64,000 bases of DNA from an uncultured Eubacteriales bacterium (GTDB taxonomy: Bacteria; Bacillota; Clostridia; TANB77; CAG-508): NCBI GenBank assembly GCA_949288095.1, contig CASEIX010000023.1, positions 9,977 to 73,976 on the forward strand, written 5' to 3'. The translations under genes were made by a program, and so were the position numbers. Shown here one piece after another: positions 1-9,224 of this stretch. Each line of letters opens with the position of its first letter. Position 1 is the stretch's first letter. The notes under the pieces were generated by a model. That model had not been told where the DNA came from. It did not search any database and saw only the letters and a program-made list of their open reading frames with translations.

Positions 1-61
1 TTGAGCAGAAAAATTGAGTTTAAACATAAAAAAACAAAAAAAGAAAAAAAGGGTGAATAGT

Positions 62-985
62 ATGATTCAAGAAATTTATATTATAGATGATGATGATTCG
101 TCTATTGTTATTTTTAGAGAATTATTTAAACAAGATAAGGAATATAAATTTATTAGTGTAAAATCAGAACAGATTGATATTGCATTAAAAAATATTCCAT
201 CATTAATTATTATTAATGAAGATGCGATAGATAGAGATGTAGTAGGACTTTGTAAACAAATCAGACGAGATGAGGATAACAAAATTACACCAGTTATCGT
301 TGTATCCTCTAATAATGATAAAGAACATAGAATGAAAATATTAAGAGAATCTATCGAATATTACATCAAAAAACCAGTAGATGAAGAATATTTATATTTT
401 ACGGTAAAAAATCTAAATAGGTTACTGGCAAATAACAGAAGGGTAAGTCCACTTACAGGATTACCAGGAAATGTACAGATACATGCAGAATTGAAAAAGA
501 GAATATCTAATAATGAACCATTTTCTGTATTATATTTAGACTTGGATAATTTTAAGGCATATAATGATGTATATGGATTTGTAAAAGGAGATCAAATTAT
601 TGAGTTTACAGCAGAAACAATATTAAAAGGTGTTCATAGTGATCTTACGGAAGAAGCTTTTGTAGGACATATTGGTGGAGATGATTTTGTAGCAATCGTA
701 CCATCCACAAATTGTGAAAAAATATGTCAAACAATATTAGCTATTTTTGATAATAATGTAAAAAAATTCTTTACAGAAAAAGATTTAGAAAAAGGATATA
801 TAGAAGTTGAAAATAGAAAAGGAATTATTGAACAATTTCCTTTAACATCACTTTCCATAGGTGTAGTAGTGGCAGATCCAGGAAGATTCCAAAACATATT
901 GGAAATAGGAGAAGTAGGAGCACAAGTAAAACATGCTGCAAAATCTGTTATGGGAAGTAGTTATGCGGTAGATAGAAGAAGATAA
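62..985 (+). CDS. Response regulator: receiver (REC) domain fused to a GGDEF-family (diguanylate-cyclase-like) domain with a GGDDF variant motif
   Basis: ORF 14..985; the ATG at 62 is the likelier start. REC-like N-terminus (IYIIDDD). GGDEF-domain blocks SPLTGLPGN, LYLDLDNFKAYND, YGFVKGD and HIGGDDFVAIV (GGDDF encoded at 674..688). A hairpin terminator follows. Confidence 0.8.
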   Translation: MIQEIYIIDDDDSSIVIFRELFKQDKEYKFISVKSEQIDIALKNIPSLIIINEDAIDRDVVGLCKQIRRDEDNKITPVIVVSSNNDKEHRMKILRESIEYYIKKPVDEEYLYFTVKNLNRLLANNRRVSPLTGLPGNVQIHAELKKRISNNEPFSVLYLDLDNFKAYNDVYGFVKGDQIIEFTAETILKGVHSDLTEEAFVGHIGGDDFVAIVPSTNCEKICQTILAIFDNNVKKFFTEKDLEKGYIEVENRKGIIEQFPLTSLSIGVVVADPGRFQNILEIGEVGAQVKHAAKSVMGSSYAVDRRR

Positions 986-1001
986 TATAAATAGGAAGAA
1001 G

Positions 1002-1034
1002 AACTTGAGTAAAAAAATAGACTCAAGTTTTTTT
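1002..1034 (+). terminator. Rho-independent terminator after the REC-GGDEF gene
   Basis: Stem AACTTGAGT / ACTCAAGTT followed by a T-run. Confidence 0.7.
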
Positions 1035-1102
1035 GTGTTCTAAAAAAAGAAATATCCAATAAACTAAAATAGAAATAAAAAATATTTTGGGAGTTTATAT
1101 AT

Positions 1103-1823
1103 ATGAATAAAAATAATTTAAAAAGAATGGTAATCATATTTATAATGGTGATTGTGAGTATAACATATGTCAGTGTGACGAAAAGAAGTAGAGAGATAGG
1201 AGATGCTGTTCAAGTTACAACATTACCGGTTTCAGGAAAAGTGGTAATATTAGATGCTGGACATGGTACACCAGATGAACGGTGCAGAAGGTAATCATGG
1301 AGTAACAGAAGCACAAATTAACTTAGAAATTGTATTAAAAATACAACAACTTTTAGAACAATCTGGTTGCACAGTAATCCTTACAAGGTCAGATGAAAAT
1401 GCTATTTATGATTTAGATGCCAAAACCTTAAAACAAAAAAAGATTTCCGATATTCATAATCGTGTAAAAATTGGAAATGAATCTTCAGCAGATATATTTG
1501 TATCCATACATTTAAATAAAATAAGTGAACAACAATATTATGGTTGGCAAACATTTTTTAATACAAGTAATGAACAAAGTAAGATTCTAGCAGAACAAAT
1601 ACAAAATAGTTTAAATGAAAGTATACAAAAAGAAAATAATAGAATTGCAATGAAATTAAACACTGTGTATATTATGAAACATGTAGAGATTCCTATATCG
1701 ATTGTAGAATGTGGATTCCTTTCTAATCCACAAGAAGAACAACAATTACAAGAAGATGAATATCAAAATAGATTAGCTTGGGGAATTTATAATGGAATTA
1801 TTAGTTATATTTCAAATACATAG
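1103..1823 (+). pseudogene. cwlD: Germination-specific N-acetylmuramoyl-L-alanine amidase (CwlD-like), split by an apparent +1 frameshift at about 1280
   Basis: ORF 1103..1294 gives a signal/TM segment plus ILDAGHGTPDE. ORF 1254..1823 continues in the next frame with GAEGNHGVTEAQINLEI...SIHLN...ECGFLSN. Together these match the CwlD/Amidase_3 pattern LDPGHGGPDGGAVG. Removing the C at 1280 restores one frame. Confidence 0.75.
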
Positions 1824-1915
1824 TAAATATTTGAAATATAAAAGATGAAAAATAATGTAATAAACAAGGGAAAAGGACATATATATTAATATCATGACTA
1901 TGTAGGAGGAAATAC

Positions 1916-2686
1916 ATGTTTATCATATTTAATAAGCAGAAAATATATACATATTGTATATCAGTAATAATGGTCATACTATTATTTTGTATAGCAGGAA
2001 CACTAACGAATGAAAAAGAAACAATAATGACATCTTCTACAAATGAAAAATTGTTACCAATATATGAGGTACAGACAGAGGAAAATAAAGTGGCATTAAC
2101 TATGAATTGTGCATGGAATGCAGATGATATTGATAAAATATTAGAAGTATTAGAAGAAAACAATGTAAAAATAACTTTTTTTATGGTAGGAGATTGGATA
2201 GAAAAATATCCAGATGCTGTTAAAAAAATATATGAAGCTGGTCACGAAATTGGAACACATAGTGATACACATCCACATGTTAATAATTTAAGTTATGAAG
2301 AAAATGTCAAAGAAATAGAAAATAGTAATGAAAAAATAGAAAAGATTACAGGAACTAGAACAAATTTATACAGAACGCCATATGGAGAATATAATCAAAC
2401 TGTCATAAAAGCAGCACAGGATAAGGGATATTATACAATACAATGGAGTTTAGATACATTAGACTATACAGGACTAACAGGAGAAGAAATGTGGAATAGA
2501 ATTAAAGACAAAATTGCATCAGGAGATATCATATTAATGCATAATGGAACGGAACATACAGCAGATAGTTTAGATAAGATTTTAAAAAATATAAAAGAGA
2601 AAAATTTAGAAGTTGTAAAGATTTCAGATCTTATATATAAAGAAAATTATACAATTGATGTTAATGGAACACAAAAAAGTAAATAG
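1916..2686 (+). CDS. Polysaccharide deacetylase (NodB-homology domain, PdaB-like)
   Basis: N-terminal TM segment. Blocks VALTMNCAWNADD, TFFMVGDW, GHEIGTHSDTHPH, YRTPYGEY and LMHNG are typical of the CE4 family. Confidence 0.8.
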   Translation: MFIIFNKQKIYTYCISVIMVILLFCIAGTLTNEKETIMTSSTNEKLLPIYEVQTEENKVALTMNCAWNADDIDKILEVLEENNVKITFFMVGDWIEKYPDAVKKIYEAGHEIGTHSDTHPHVNNLSYEENVKEIENSNEKIEKITGTRTNLYRTPYGEYNQTVIKAAQDKGYYTIQWSLDTLDYTGLTGEEMWNRIKDKIASGDIILMHNGTEHTADSLDKILKNIKEKNLEVVKISDLIYKENYTIDVNGTQKSK

Positions 2687-2748
2687 GGTATGTATAAAAT
2701 TGGAAATAAAGGGAAAAATAAATATAGTTTTTTTAGGAGAAAAAGAAA

Positions 2749-3255
2749 ATGCATTTTATTGGTATTTTTTCAAATCATTCAGAATATGAAATGATAAAGC
2801 AAAATATAATAAAAATAGTAAATAGAAAAGATTTAGAGTTGATTCACATAAGTTCTAAAAATATACAAAATATGAAAAACATTGTATTTGAGACCATCGT
2901 ATTGTGTCATCAAGAAAAAATAGAAGATGAATCAAAATCTATATTAAATAAACTTTGTAGTAATTGCATGTTTGTAATCATAAATGCAGATGCATTTTGT
3001 AATACAAGAGTAATATCAAATAAAAAAACAAATTGTGTAAGTTATGGTTTAAATCAAAAATCAACGATAACGATATCAAGTATTCAAGAAGATAAAGCAA
3101 TTTTATCGATACAAAGAAATATAAATAATTTAGAGCAAAAGACAATTGAAATGGGAGAAATAGGAATAGATTTGAAACAATATAAACCAAATCAAATAGA
3201 AAATATATTGGCAATTTTTGCAATTTATCTTATATATAGCAAAGAAAATGCTTGA
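2749..3255 (+). CDS. Hypothetical protein (168 aa)
   Basis: ORF with an AGGAGA RBS upstream. No motif I can name with confidence; only a faint resemblance to a Mur-ligase fragment. Confidence 0.5.
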   Translation: MHFIGIFSNHSEYEMIKQNIIKIVNRKDLELIHISSKNIQNMKNIVFETIVLCHQEKIEDESKSILNKLCSNCMFVIINADAFCNTRVISNKKTNCVSYGLNQKSTITISSIQEDKAILSIQRNINNLEQKTIEMGEIGIDLKQYKPNQIENILAIFAIYLIYSKENA

Positions 3256-3397
3256 AAAACAAGGGATTTTTACAAAAAAATTACAAATTTAACTTTTTAT
3301 GTAGACAAAACCGGGAAAATGTTGTATAATAGGTAATGTAGACTAAAAGAGGTAAAAAAATACAATTGATAAAATAAATTTTAAGGAGGAAAATAAA

Positions 3398-4102
3398 TTG
3401 GATACAAATTATTTAGAAAACAACTATTTAACATTAGTTGGAAAGGTTACAGGAGAAAAGAAATTTAGTCATGAAATTTATGGAGAAAGATTTTACATCT
3501 TTAACTTAGAAATACCTCGTTTAAGTGGTGTAGCAGATATTATACCAATTACAATTTCAGAAAGACTAATTAATGAAGATACATTAAATGAAGGACAAAA
3601 ATTGTTAGTAAAAGGACAATTCAGATCATATAATAGTTATGAAAGCGAAAAGAACAGATTAATCTTAACTGTATTTGCCAAAGATATTAAAGTCATATCT
3701 GAGGAAGAAGAAAGTGAAGAAGAAAATGAAATGACGAAAAAAGATGTTGTTACCAATGAAGTTGTTTTAATTGGTTATATTTGTAAAAAACCAATTTATA
3801 GACAAACACCATTTGGTAGAGAAATTGCAGATATCTTACTTGCAGTTAATAGAGCATATAATAAATCAGACTATATTCCATGTATTGCATGGGGAAGAAA
3901 CGCAAGATTTTGTCAAAATCTTGAGGTAGGATCTCAAATAAAATTAGTAGGTAGAGTTCAATCAAGAACTTATGAAAAGAAACATGAAGATGGAAGTGTT
4001 GAAACAAGAGTTGCTTATGAAGTTTCAGTAGGAAGCTTAGAAGTAATTGAAGAAAATGATAATGAAAATACAGCTGAAACAGAAAACCAAGAAGCTGTAT
4101 AA
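3398..4102 (+). CDS. SSB-like protein with two tandem OB-fold halves joined by an acidic linker
   Basis: TTG start 8 nt after AAGGAGG. Two similar halves: LTLVGKV...LLVKGQFRSY and VVLIGYI...IKLVGRVQSRTY. Acidic linker EEEESEEENE and an acidic C-terminal tail. Confidence 0.6.
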   Translation: MDTNYLENNYLTLVGKVTGEKKFSHEIYGERFYIFNLEIPRLSGVADIIPITISERLINEDTLNEGQKLLVKGQFRSYNSYESEKNRLILTVFAKDIKVISEEEESEEENEMTKKDVVTNEVVLIGYICKKPIYRQTPFGREIADILLAVNRAYNKSDYIPCIAWGRNARFCQNLEVGSQIKLVGRVQSRTYEKKHEDGSVETRVAYEVSVGSLEVIEENDNENTAETENQEAV

Positions 4103-4123
4103 GATATAAATAGAAAAGCAATA

Positions 4124-4160
4124 AAAAGTTTGAAAAGTATAGTCTTTTCAAACTTTTTTT
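4124..4160 (+). terminator. Rho-independent terminator
   Basis: Stem AAAAGTTTGAAAAG / CTTTTCAAACTTTT followed by a T-run. Confidence 0.75.
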
Positions 4161-4191
4161 GATATAATGCAAAAGAACTGTTATTGTTCAA

Positions 4192-4413
4192 ACCGACATA
4201 CACAAGTGGGAAGGATTCATAAATTATTTATTACTCGGTTCAATACGATATTTAAGAATTTGTAATATAATTTATTGAGCTTCTTTCACTCAGACCCTCA
4301 CTGTGTGAGTACCGTGAACATTCCTCAATAAATTATATAACAAATTCTAAAACATCTCCAATCACATTCGTAATTAAATAATTTATGAATCCTTCCCACT
4401 TGTGTATGTCGGT
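4192..4413. repeat. Long imperfect palindrome (hairpin element 1): 43/44-nt outer arms, an internal loop, 28-nt inner arms and a 44-nt centre
   Basis: Outer arms 4192..4234 and 4370..4413 are reverse complements apart from one 1-nt indel. Inner arms 4252..4279 and 4324..4351 have two mismatches. The centre contains the mini-hairpin CTCAC-TGT-GTGAG. Confidence 0.9.
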
Positions 4414-4498
4414 CTAAGCAATAGCAAAGAATATATGATATTTGCATAATAGATAATTTTAATGTGAAATATCAATAAAAATTTTGTGGAGGAGAAAC

Positions 4499-6199
4499 AT
4501 GTTTAAACACAAAGAAGAAAAAGAGAAAAAAGAAGAGATGAAAGATAAAAAGGGGATACTTCAATCTAAATGGATTTTTGGAATTATAGCGATTGTATTG
4601 ATTGCCATATTTTGTATTGCAATGACACCAGTTACATTACAAAATGATACATTCTATACGATAAAAATAGGAGAACAAATAACCAAAACAGGAATTGATA
4701 TGCAAGATCATTTTTCTTGGCATGAAGATTTGGCTTATACCTATCCACATTGGTTATATGATTTAATAACATATTATATATATGCAGGATTTGGTATGAC
4801 AGGAATTTATGTAACAACTTGTATATTAACGGTTATACTAGGTATTTCCATATATATTGTTAATACAAAAATCGCTAAAAATCAATTGGTTTCATTTATA
4901 TTAACAGCAATTGTTATCTATATTATAAGAGGATATATTGCAGCAAGAGCACAATTATTAACTTTTATTTTATTTGTATGGATTATCTATTGCATAGAAA
5001 TGTTTTTGAAAAATAAAAAAATCCGATATGCTGTTGGATTAGTATTGATTTCAACTTTAATTGCTAATTTACATGCAGCTGTTTGGCCATTTATATTTGT
5101 ATTATTCTTACCATATATAGCTGAATATTTACTTGCATTAATAGCAGAAGTTACCATATACAGAAAAATAAATATAAAAATCTTAAATTTTAGAATTAAG
5201 TTATTAACAAAATCAGGAAAACATGTTGATAAAAAATTGGCATTAGAAGAAAAATTAAAAGATATTATTACAAAAAATGAGAAAATAAAAGTAAAAAGAG
5301 AAGAAGAACTAAAAAATCCATATAAAATTAGATTTACTAAAAATCCAAATGTAAAATGGTTAATATTGGTTATGATTATATGTGCGTTTACAGGATTATT
5401 AACACCATTAGGAGACACACCATATACGTATTTAGTTAAAACGATGGAAGGAAACACAACACAAAATATTAATGAACATTTACCAATGACCATTATTGAT
5501 GAAACAGAAGCTTTATCAGCAATTGTAGTCATTTTAGCAATCTTAACTTTTACAAAAACTAAAATTAAACTTAGTGACTTATTTATGATAGGTGGTTTAT
5601 GCTTTTTGATGTTGGCGTCAAGAAGACAAATTACCATGTTTTGCTTAATAGGTGTATTAGTGGTTAACAAAATGATATGTGGATTATTTGAGATATATAC
5701 AAAAAACGGATTAGAAAGATTGACACAAATGATTGCAGGTAAAGTAGGATATATCATCATGATTGTTGTTATGTTAGCCTTAAGTTATCATTTTTATGAA
5801 CCAAAACAAAATGATGAATATATAGATGAATCTTCTTATCCAGTTCAAGCATGTGATTATATATTAGAAAATATAGATTTGGGAAAAGCTAGATTTTATA
5901 ATGAATATAATTATGGTAGCTATATGATATATAGAGGAATTCCAGTATTTATTGACTCTAGAGCAGATTTATATGCACCAGAATTTAGTGGCAAAAAAGA
6001 GGATATTTTCATGGATTTTATCAATACATCTAGTATAGGAGAATTTTATGAAGATACTTTCGAAAAATATGATATTACACATGTGATTACTTATAAAAAT
6101 TCAAAAATGAATATGATTATAAAAGAAACAAAGGATCCAAACTATAAAGAGTTATACGAAGATGATTACTTTACAATATACGAGAGATTAAATGCATAA
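4499..6199 (+). CDS. Polytopic membrane protein, possibly a GT-C-type glycosyltransferase
   Basis: ATG at 4499 after GGAGGAG. About a dozen hydrophobic segments with a soluble C-terminal domain. The function call is by architecture only. Confidence 0.5.
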   Translation: MFKHKEEKEKKEEMKDKKGILQSKWIFGIIAIVLIAIFCIAMTPVTLQNDTFYTIKIGEQITKTGIDMQDHFSWHEDLAYTYPHWLYDLITYYIYAGFGMTGIYVTTCILTVILGISIYIVNTKIAKNQLVSFILTAIVIYIIRGYIAARAQLLTFILFVWIIYCIEMFLKNKKIRYAVGLVLISTLIANLHAAVWPFIFVLFLPYIAEYLLALIAEVTIYRKINIKILNFRIKLLTKSGKHVDKKLALEEKLKDIITKNEKIKVKREEELKNPYKIRFTKNPNVKWLILVMIICAFTGLLTPLGDTPYTYLVKTMEGNTTQNINEHLPMTIIDETEALSAIVVILAILTFTKTKIKLSDLFMIGGLCFLMLASRRQITMFCLIGVLVVNKMICGLFEIYTKNGLERLTQMIAGKVGYIIMIVVMLALSYHFYEPKQNDEYIDESSYPVQACDYILENIDLGKARFYNEYNYGSYMIYRGIPVFIDSRADLYAPEFSGKKEDIFMDFINTSSIGEFYEDTFEKYDITHVITYKNSKMNMIIKETKDPNYKELYEDDYFTIYERLNA

Positions 6200-6215
6200 A
6201 ATAAGAGAGGTATTT

Positions 6216-6746
6216 ATGAGAAAAGAAGAAAAGAAAAAATTGAAAAAACTTTATCTTATGCTAGCTGTCATGATATTTATTATCATATTTATAGATCAGT
6301 TATCTAAAGTTCTTGTGGTACATTATGGAGAAATCACATTGATAGCTGACAAAATTGTATTAAAACCAGCAGAAATACGAAATGGTATGTATGATGAAAC
6401 TTCTAGAGGGGTGACCATATTAACCAATTTAGTTATTGTGGGGATTATTTTAGGTATTATAAAAAGTGATAATCAATTTATAACGAAAAAAATAAAAATA
6501 TTGTTAAGTTTTGCTTTTGCAGGAGGCGTTAGTAACATCATTGATAGACTATGTAGAGGAAGTGTTGTAGAATTTATTCACATTGGAAATTTTCCAGCAT
6601 TTAATATAGCTGATGTTTGTATCTTAATTGGTTGGGTTTCCTTTGTTGCTATATTTGCTTCTTTTTCTGCAAAAGAATTATCAAAAAAGAAACCAAAGAC
6701 AGATAAGAAAAGAAAGACAGAAAATAATGATAATGCCAATTCATAA
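6216..6746 (+). CDS. lspA: Lipoprotein signal peptidase II
   Basis: Block IIDRLCRGSVVEFIHIGNFPAFNIADVCI matches the LspA pattern DR..G.VvDF....P.FN.AD. It lies directly upstream of rluD, a conserved pairing. Confidence 0.75.
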   Translation: MRKEEKKKLKKLYLMLAVMIFIIIFIDQLSKVLVVHYGEITLIADKIVLKPAEIRNGMYDETSRGVTILTNLVIVGIILGIIKSDNQFITKKIKILLSFAFAGGVSNIIDRLCRGSVVEFIHIGNFPAFNIADVCILIGWVSFVAIFASFSAKELSKKKPKTDKKRKTENNDNANS

Positions 6747-7679
6747 ATGAAAGAAAGGATAGAACAATACATGAAGTATTTTGAAGTAGAAAATGAAAAC
6801 AAAAGAATTGATGCATATTTATCAGAAAAGCTTGAAGATACATCAAGAGTAGCAATACAAAGATTGATAACCAATGGAAAAGTATTGGTAAATGGTAAAA
6901 TTATAAAACCATCTTATAAAGTACAAGTAGGAGATAAAATCGAAGTAGAAGAAGAAGTACCAGTAGAAGTATCTTTAAAAGCACAAGATATTCCTCTAGA
7001 TATTATTTATGAAGATAATGATATCATTGTAGTAAATAAACCCAAAGGAATGGTAGTGCATCCTGCAACTGGAAATCTAGATGGAACATTAGTAAATGCT
7101 ATAATGGCAATTTGTAAAGATTCTTTATCAGGAATCGGAGGAGAAATTAGACCAGGAATTGTGCATAGATTAGACAAAGACACATCAGGAATTATTATTG
7201 TGGCAAAAAATGATAAAGCACATATAAATTTAAGTGAACAAATAAAAGATCATAAAGTCAAAAAGACATATATCGCTTTGGTAAGAGGAATTGTCAAAGA
7301 AAACGAAGCAACCATTAATATGCCAATTGGAAGAAGTGAAAAAGATAGAAAGAAAATGGCAGTTACCAAAAAAGGAAAAGAAGCGATTACACATTTTAAA
7401 GTATTACAAAGATATGATAAATATACATTATTACAAGTAAATATAGAAACAGGAAGAACGCATCAAATTAGGGTGCATTTATCACAAATTGGATATCCGA
7501 TTGTTGGAGATGAAGTGTATTCAAATGGAAAAAATGAATGGAATATAAAAGGACAATGTTTACATGCGAAAAGTTTAGAATTTACTCATCCAATAACTGG
7601 AGAAAAGATGCATTTAGAAGCAAAACTACCAGAATATTTTGAAAATATATTAAAAGACTTAGAAAATAGAAAAAGATAA
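6747..7679 (+). CDS. rluD: 23S rRNA pseudouridine synthase, RluD subfamily (S4 domain plus RluA-type catalytic domain)
   Basis: Catalytic motif HRLDKDTSG and the TGRTHQIRVH block. The start could instead be 6771. Confidence 0.85.
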   Translation: MKERIEQYMKYFEVENENKRIDAYLSEKLEDTSRVAIQRLITNGKVLVNGKIIKPSYKVQVGDKIEVEEEVPVEVSLKAQDIPLDIIYEDNDIIVVNKPKGMVVHPATGNLDGTLVNAIMAICKDSLSGIGGEIRPGIVHRLDKDTSGIIIVAKNDKAHINLSEQIKDHKVKKTYIALVRGIVKENEATINMPIGRSEKDRKKMAVTKKGKEAITHFKVLQRYDKYTLLQVNIETGRTHQIRVHLSQIGYPIVGDEVYSNGKNEWNIKGQCLHAKSLEFTHPITGEKMHLEAKLPEYFENILKDLENRKR

Positions 7680-7737
7680 TTTTAAAATTAAAATAATGCA
7701 TTTATATAGTTTATAAATTTAGAAGGGAGAATATCTG

Positions 7738-8457
7738 TTGGAAGAAATACGATTACAGAAATATCTAGCAGAAGCAGGAATCGCCTCAAGAAGAAAAGCA
7801 GAAGAACTCATCTTACAAGGAAAAGTTCAAGTAAATGGAAAAGTAGTAACAGAATTGGGAACAAAAGTACAACCTGGAAAAGATAAAGTAATGTATGAGG
7901 GAAAAATTGTACAAATAGAAAATAAAAAAATATATATTTTATTAAATAAACCAATTGGATATGTAACAACTGTAAAAGATCAATTTGACCGTGATTCTGT
8001 TTTGGACTTAGTAAAAGTAAAAGAAAGATTAGTACCAGTAGGAAGATTAGACATGTATACATCAGGAGCTTTAATCCTTACAAATGATGGAGACTTTGTA
8101 TATAAAGTCACACATCCAAAGCATGAGATTAACAAAACTTATACAGTTACATTAAAAGGAATTATTAGTAAAGAAAAAGTAGAAGCTTTGAGAGCAGGCG
8201 TAGATATTGGAGGGTATATTACAAAGCCTGCTAAAGTAAAGATATTAAAGACTGATGAGGAAAAACAAACCACAAGATTAGAAATTATTATCCATGAGGG
8301 AAAAAACAGACAAGTGAGGAAAATGTGTGAAGCGATTGGACACAAAGTGCTTGCTTTACATAGAAGTGCAATTGCAGGTATTGATGTAAAAGATATAGAA
8401 CTCGGAAAATGGAGATATTTGTCGAAAGAAGAAGTGAAAAAAATATTACAAGATTAA
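7738..8457 (+). CDS. rluB: Pseudouridine synthase, RsuA/RluB family (S4 domain)
   Basis: TTG start after GAAGGGAG. S4-like N-terminus RLQKYLAEAGIASRR, the GRLDMYTSG motif, and EGKNRQVRKM. Confidence 0.8.
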   Translation: MEEIRLQKYLAEAGIASRRKAEELILQGKVQVNGKVVTELGTKVQPGKDKVMYEGKIVQIENKKIYILLNKPIGYVTTVKDQFDRDSVLDLVKVKERLVPVGRLDMYTSGALILTNDGDFVYKVTHPKHEINKTYTVTLKGIISKEKVEALRAGVDIGGYITKPAKVKILKTDEEKQTTRLEIIIHEGKNRQVRKMCEAIGHKVLALHRSAIAGIDVKDIELGKWRYLSKEEVKKILQD

Positions 8458-8481
8458 AACACAAGATTTGCTTGTGTTTTT
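8456..8481 (+). terminator. Rho-independent terminator
   Basis: Stem AAAACACAAG / CTTGTGTTTT followed by T residues. Confidence 0.7.
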
Positions 8482-8723
8482 CTGTGTTTTGTGATTTAAT
8501 ATACATAATTTAATTTATATATTTTATTCTAAATTTTATCATATATTTTAATATCAAAAAAATTTTCAAGAATCAGTTTAAAATTTATTTTGTAAGGAGG
8601 CGATAGGTCATATATCAGTTTACCTATAAAAACTATATTCAGTGTATTCACAATATCAAACAAAAAGATTATTTAGATTTACAAGAAGAAAGTGAAAAAT
8701 ATAGTGTTTTAATCGGAAAGGAT

Positions 8724-9215
8724 TTGGACACAAAATTTAAAAGTATTATAGAGTATTTATTTAAAGATGAAGAGAGAATCTGTGTTTTTATTAATTCTTT
8801 TTCAAATTGTCATGAAAAAATAGAAAAAGAAAAATTAGTATATATGGATTTCTATAAAAGTCAGAAAGGTATAAGAATCATATATAAGCATTTGGATAGA
8901 CAAATTTTTTATATGATTATGTATCAACAAGAGATTTTGGTTGATTTACCATATGTTGTTTTACAAGAATGTATCAAAATCATTCAAAATTGTAAGCAAA
9001 AAAATATCAAAAATATAAGTATCATTCCTATTGTGATATATGTTAAAGACAATATGTATCATTATGGAAAAACAATGAAACAATGCTTTCAGATGACAAC
9101 TTATGATCATCATATACTAGAATTAAAGTACAATATAATCAATTTAACAAAATTTTTAAGATATCCTAATATGAAAAATACCATATTAGAGGATTTAATA
9201 TATATAGAAAATTAA
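8724..9215 (+). CDS. Hypothetical protein; weak resemblance to short Rpn/PDDEXK_2-type putative transposase/nuclease proteins
   Basis: TTG-start ORF. The N-terminal FKSIIEYLFKDEE..FINSF and the block IIPIVIYV recall Rpn-family proteins, but no clear catalytic motif is seen. Confidence 0.4.
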   Translation: MDTKFKSIIEYLFKDEERICVFINSFSNCHEKIEKEKLVYMDFYKSQKGIRIIYKHLDRQIFYMIMYQQEILVDLPYVVLQECIKIIQNCKQKNIKNISIIPIVIYVKDNMYHYGKTMKQCFQMTTYDHHILELKYNIINLTKFLRYPNMKNTILEDLIYIEN

Positions 9216-9224
9216 AATACATTT

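Noticed and set aside
4192-4413. Element 1 as 6S RNA (a long hairpin with a central internal loop).
   Set aside because: The shape is superficially similar, but a near-perfect 43-bp closing stem and a 222-nt length are atypical. No promoter or terminator can be assigned, and I cannot verify any 6S sequence features. It is kept as an open possibility only in the finding.
4987-5760. Long antisense ORFs in the track, such as 4987..5760(-), 39917..40486(-), 45062..45793(-), 1801..2163(-) and 23496..23846(-).
   Set aside because: They lie fully inside well-supported genes on the opposite strand, have Ser/Phe/Ile/Leu-rich low-complexity products and lack RBSs. They are typical shadow ORFs of AT-rich coding DNA.
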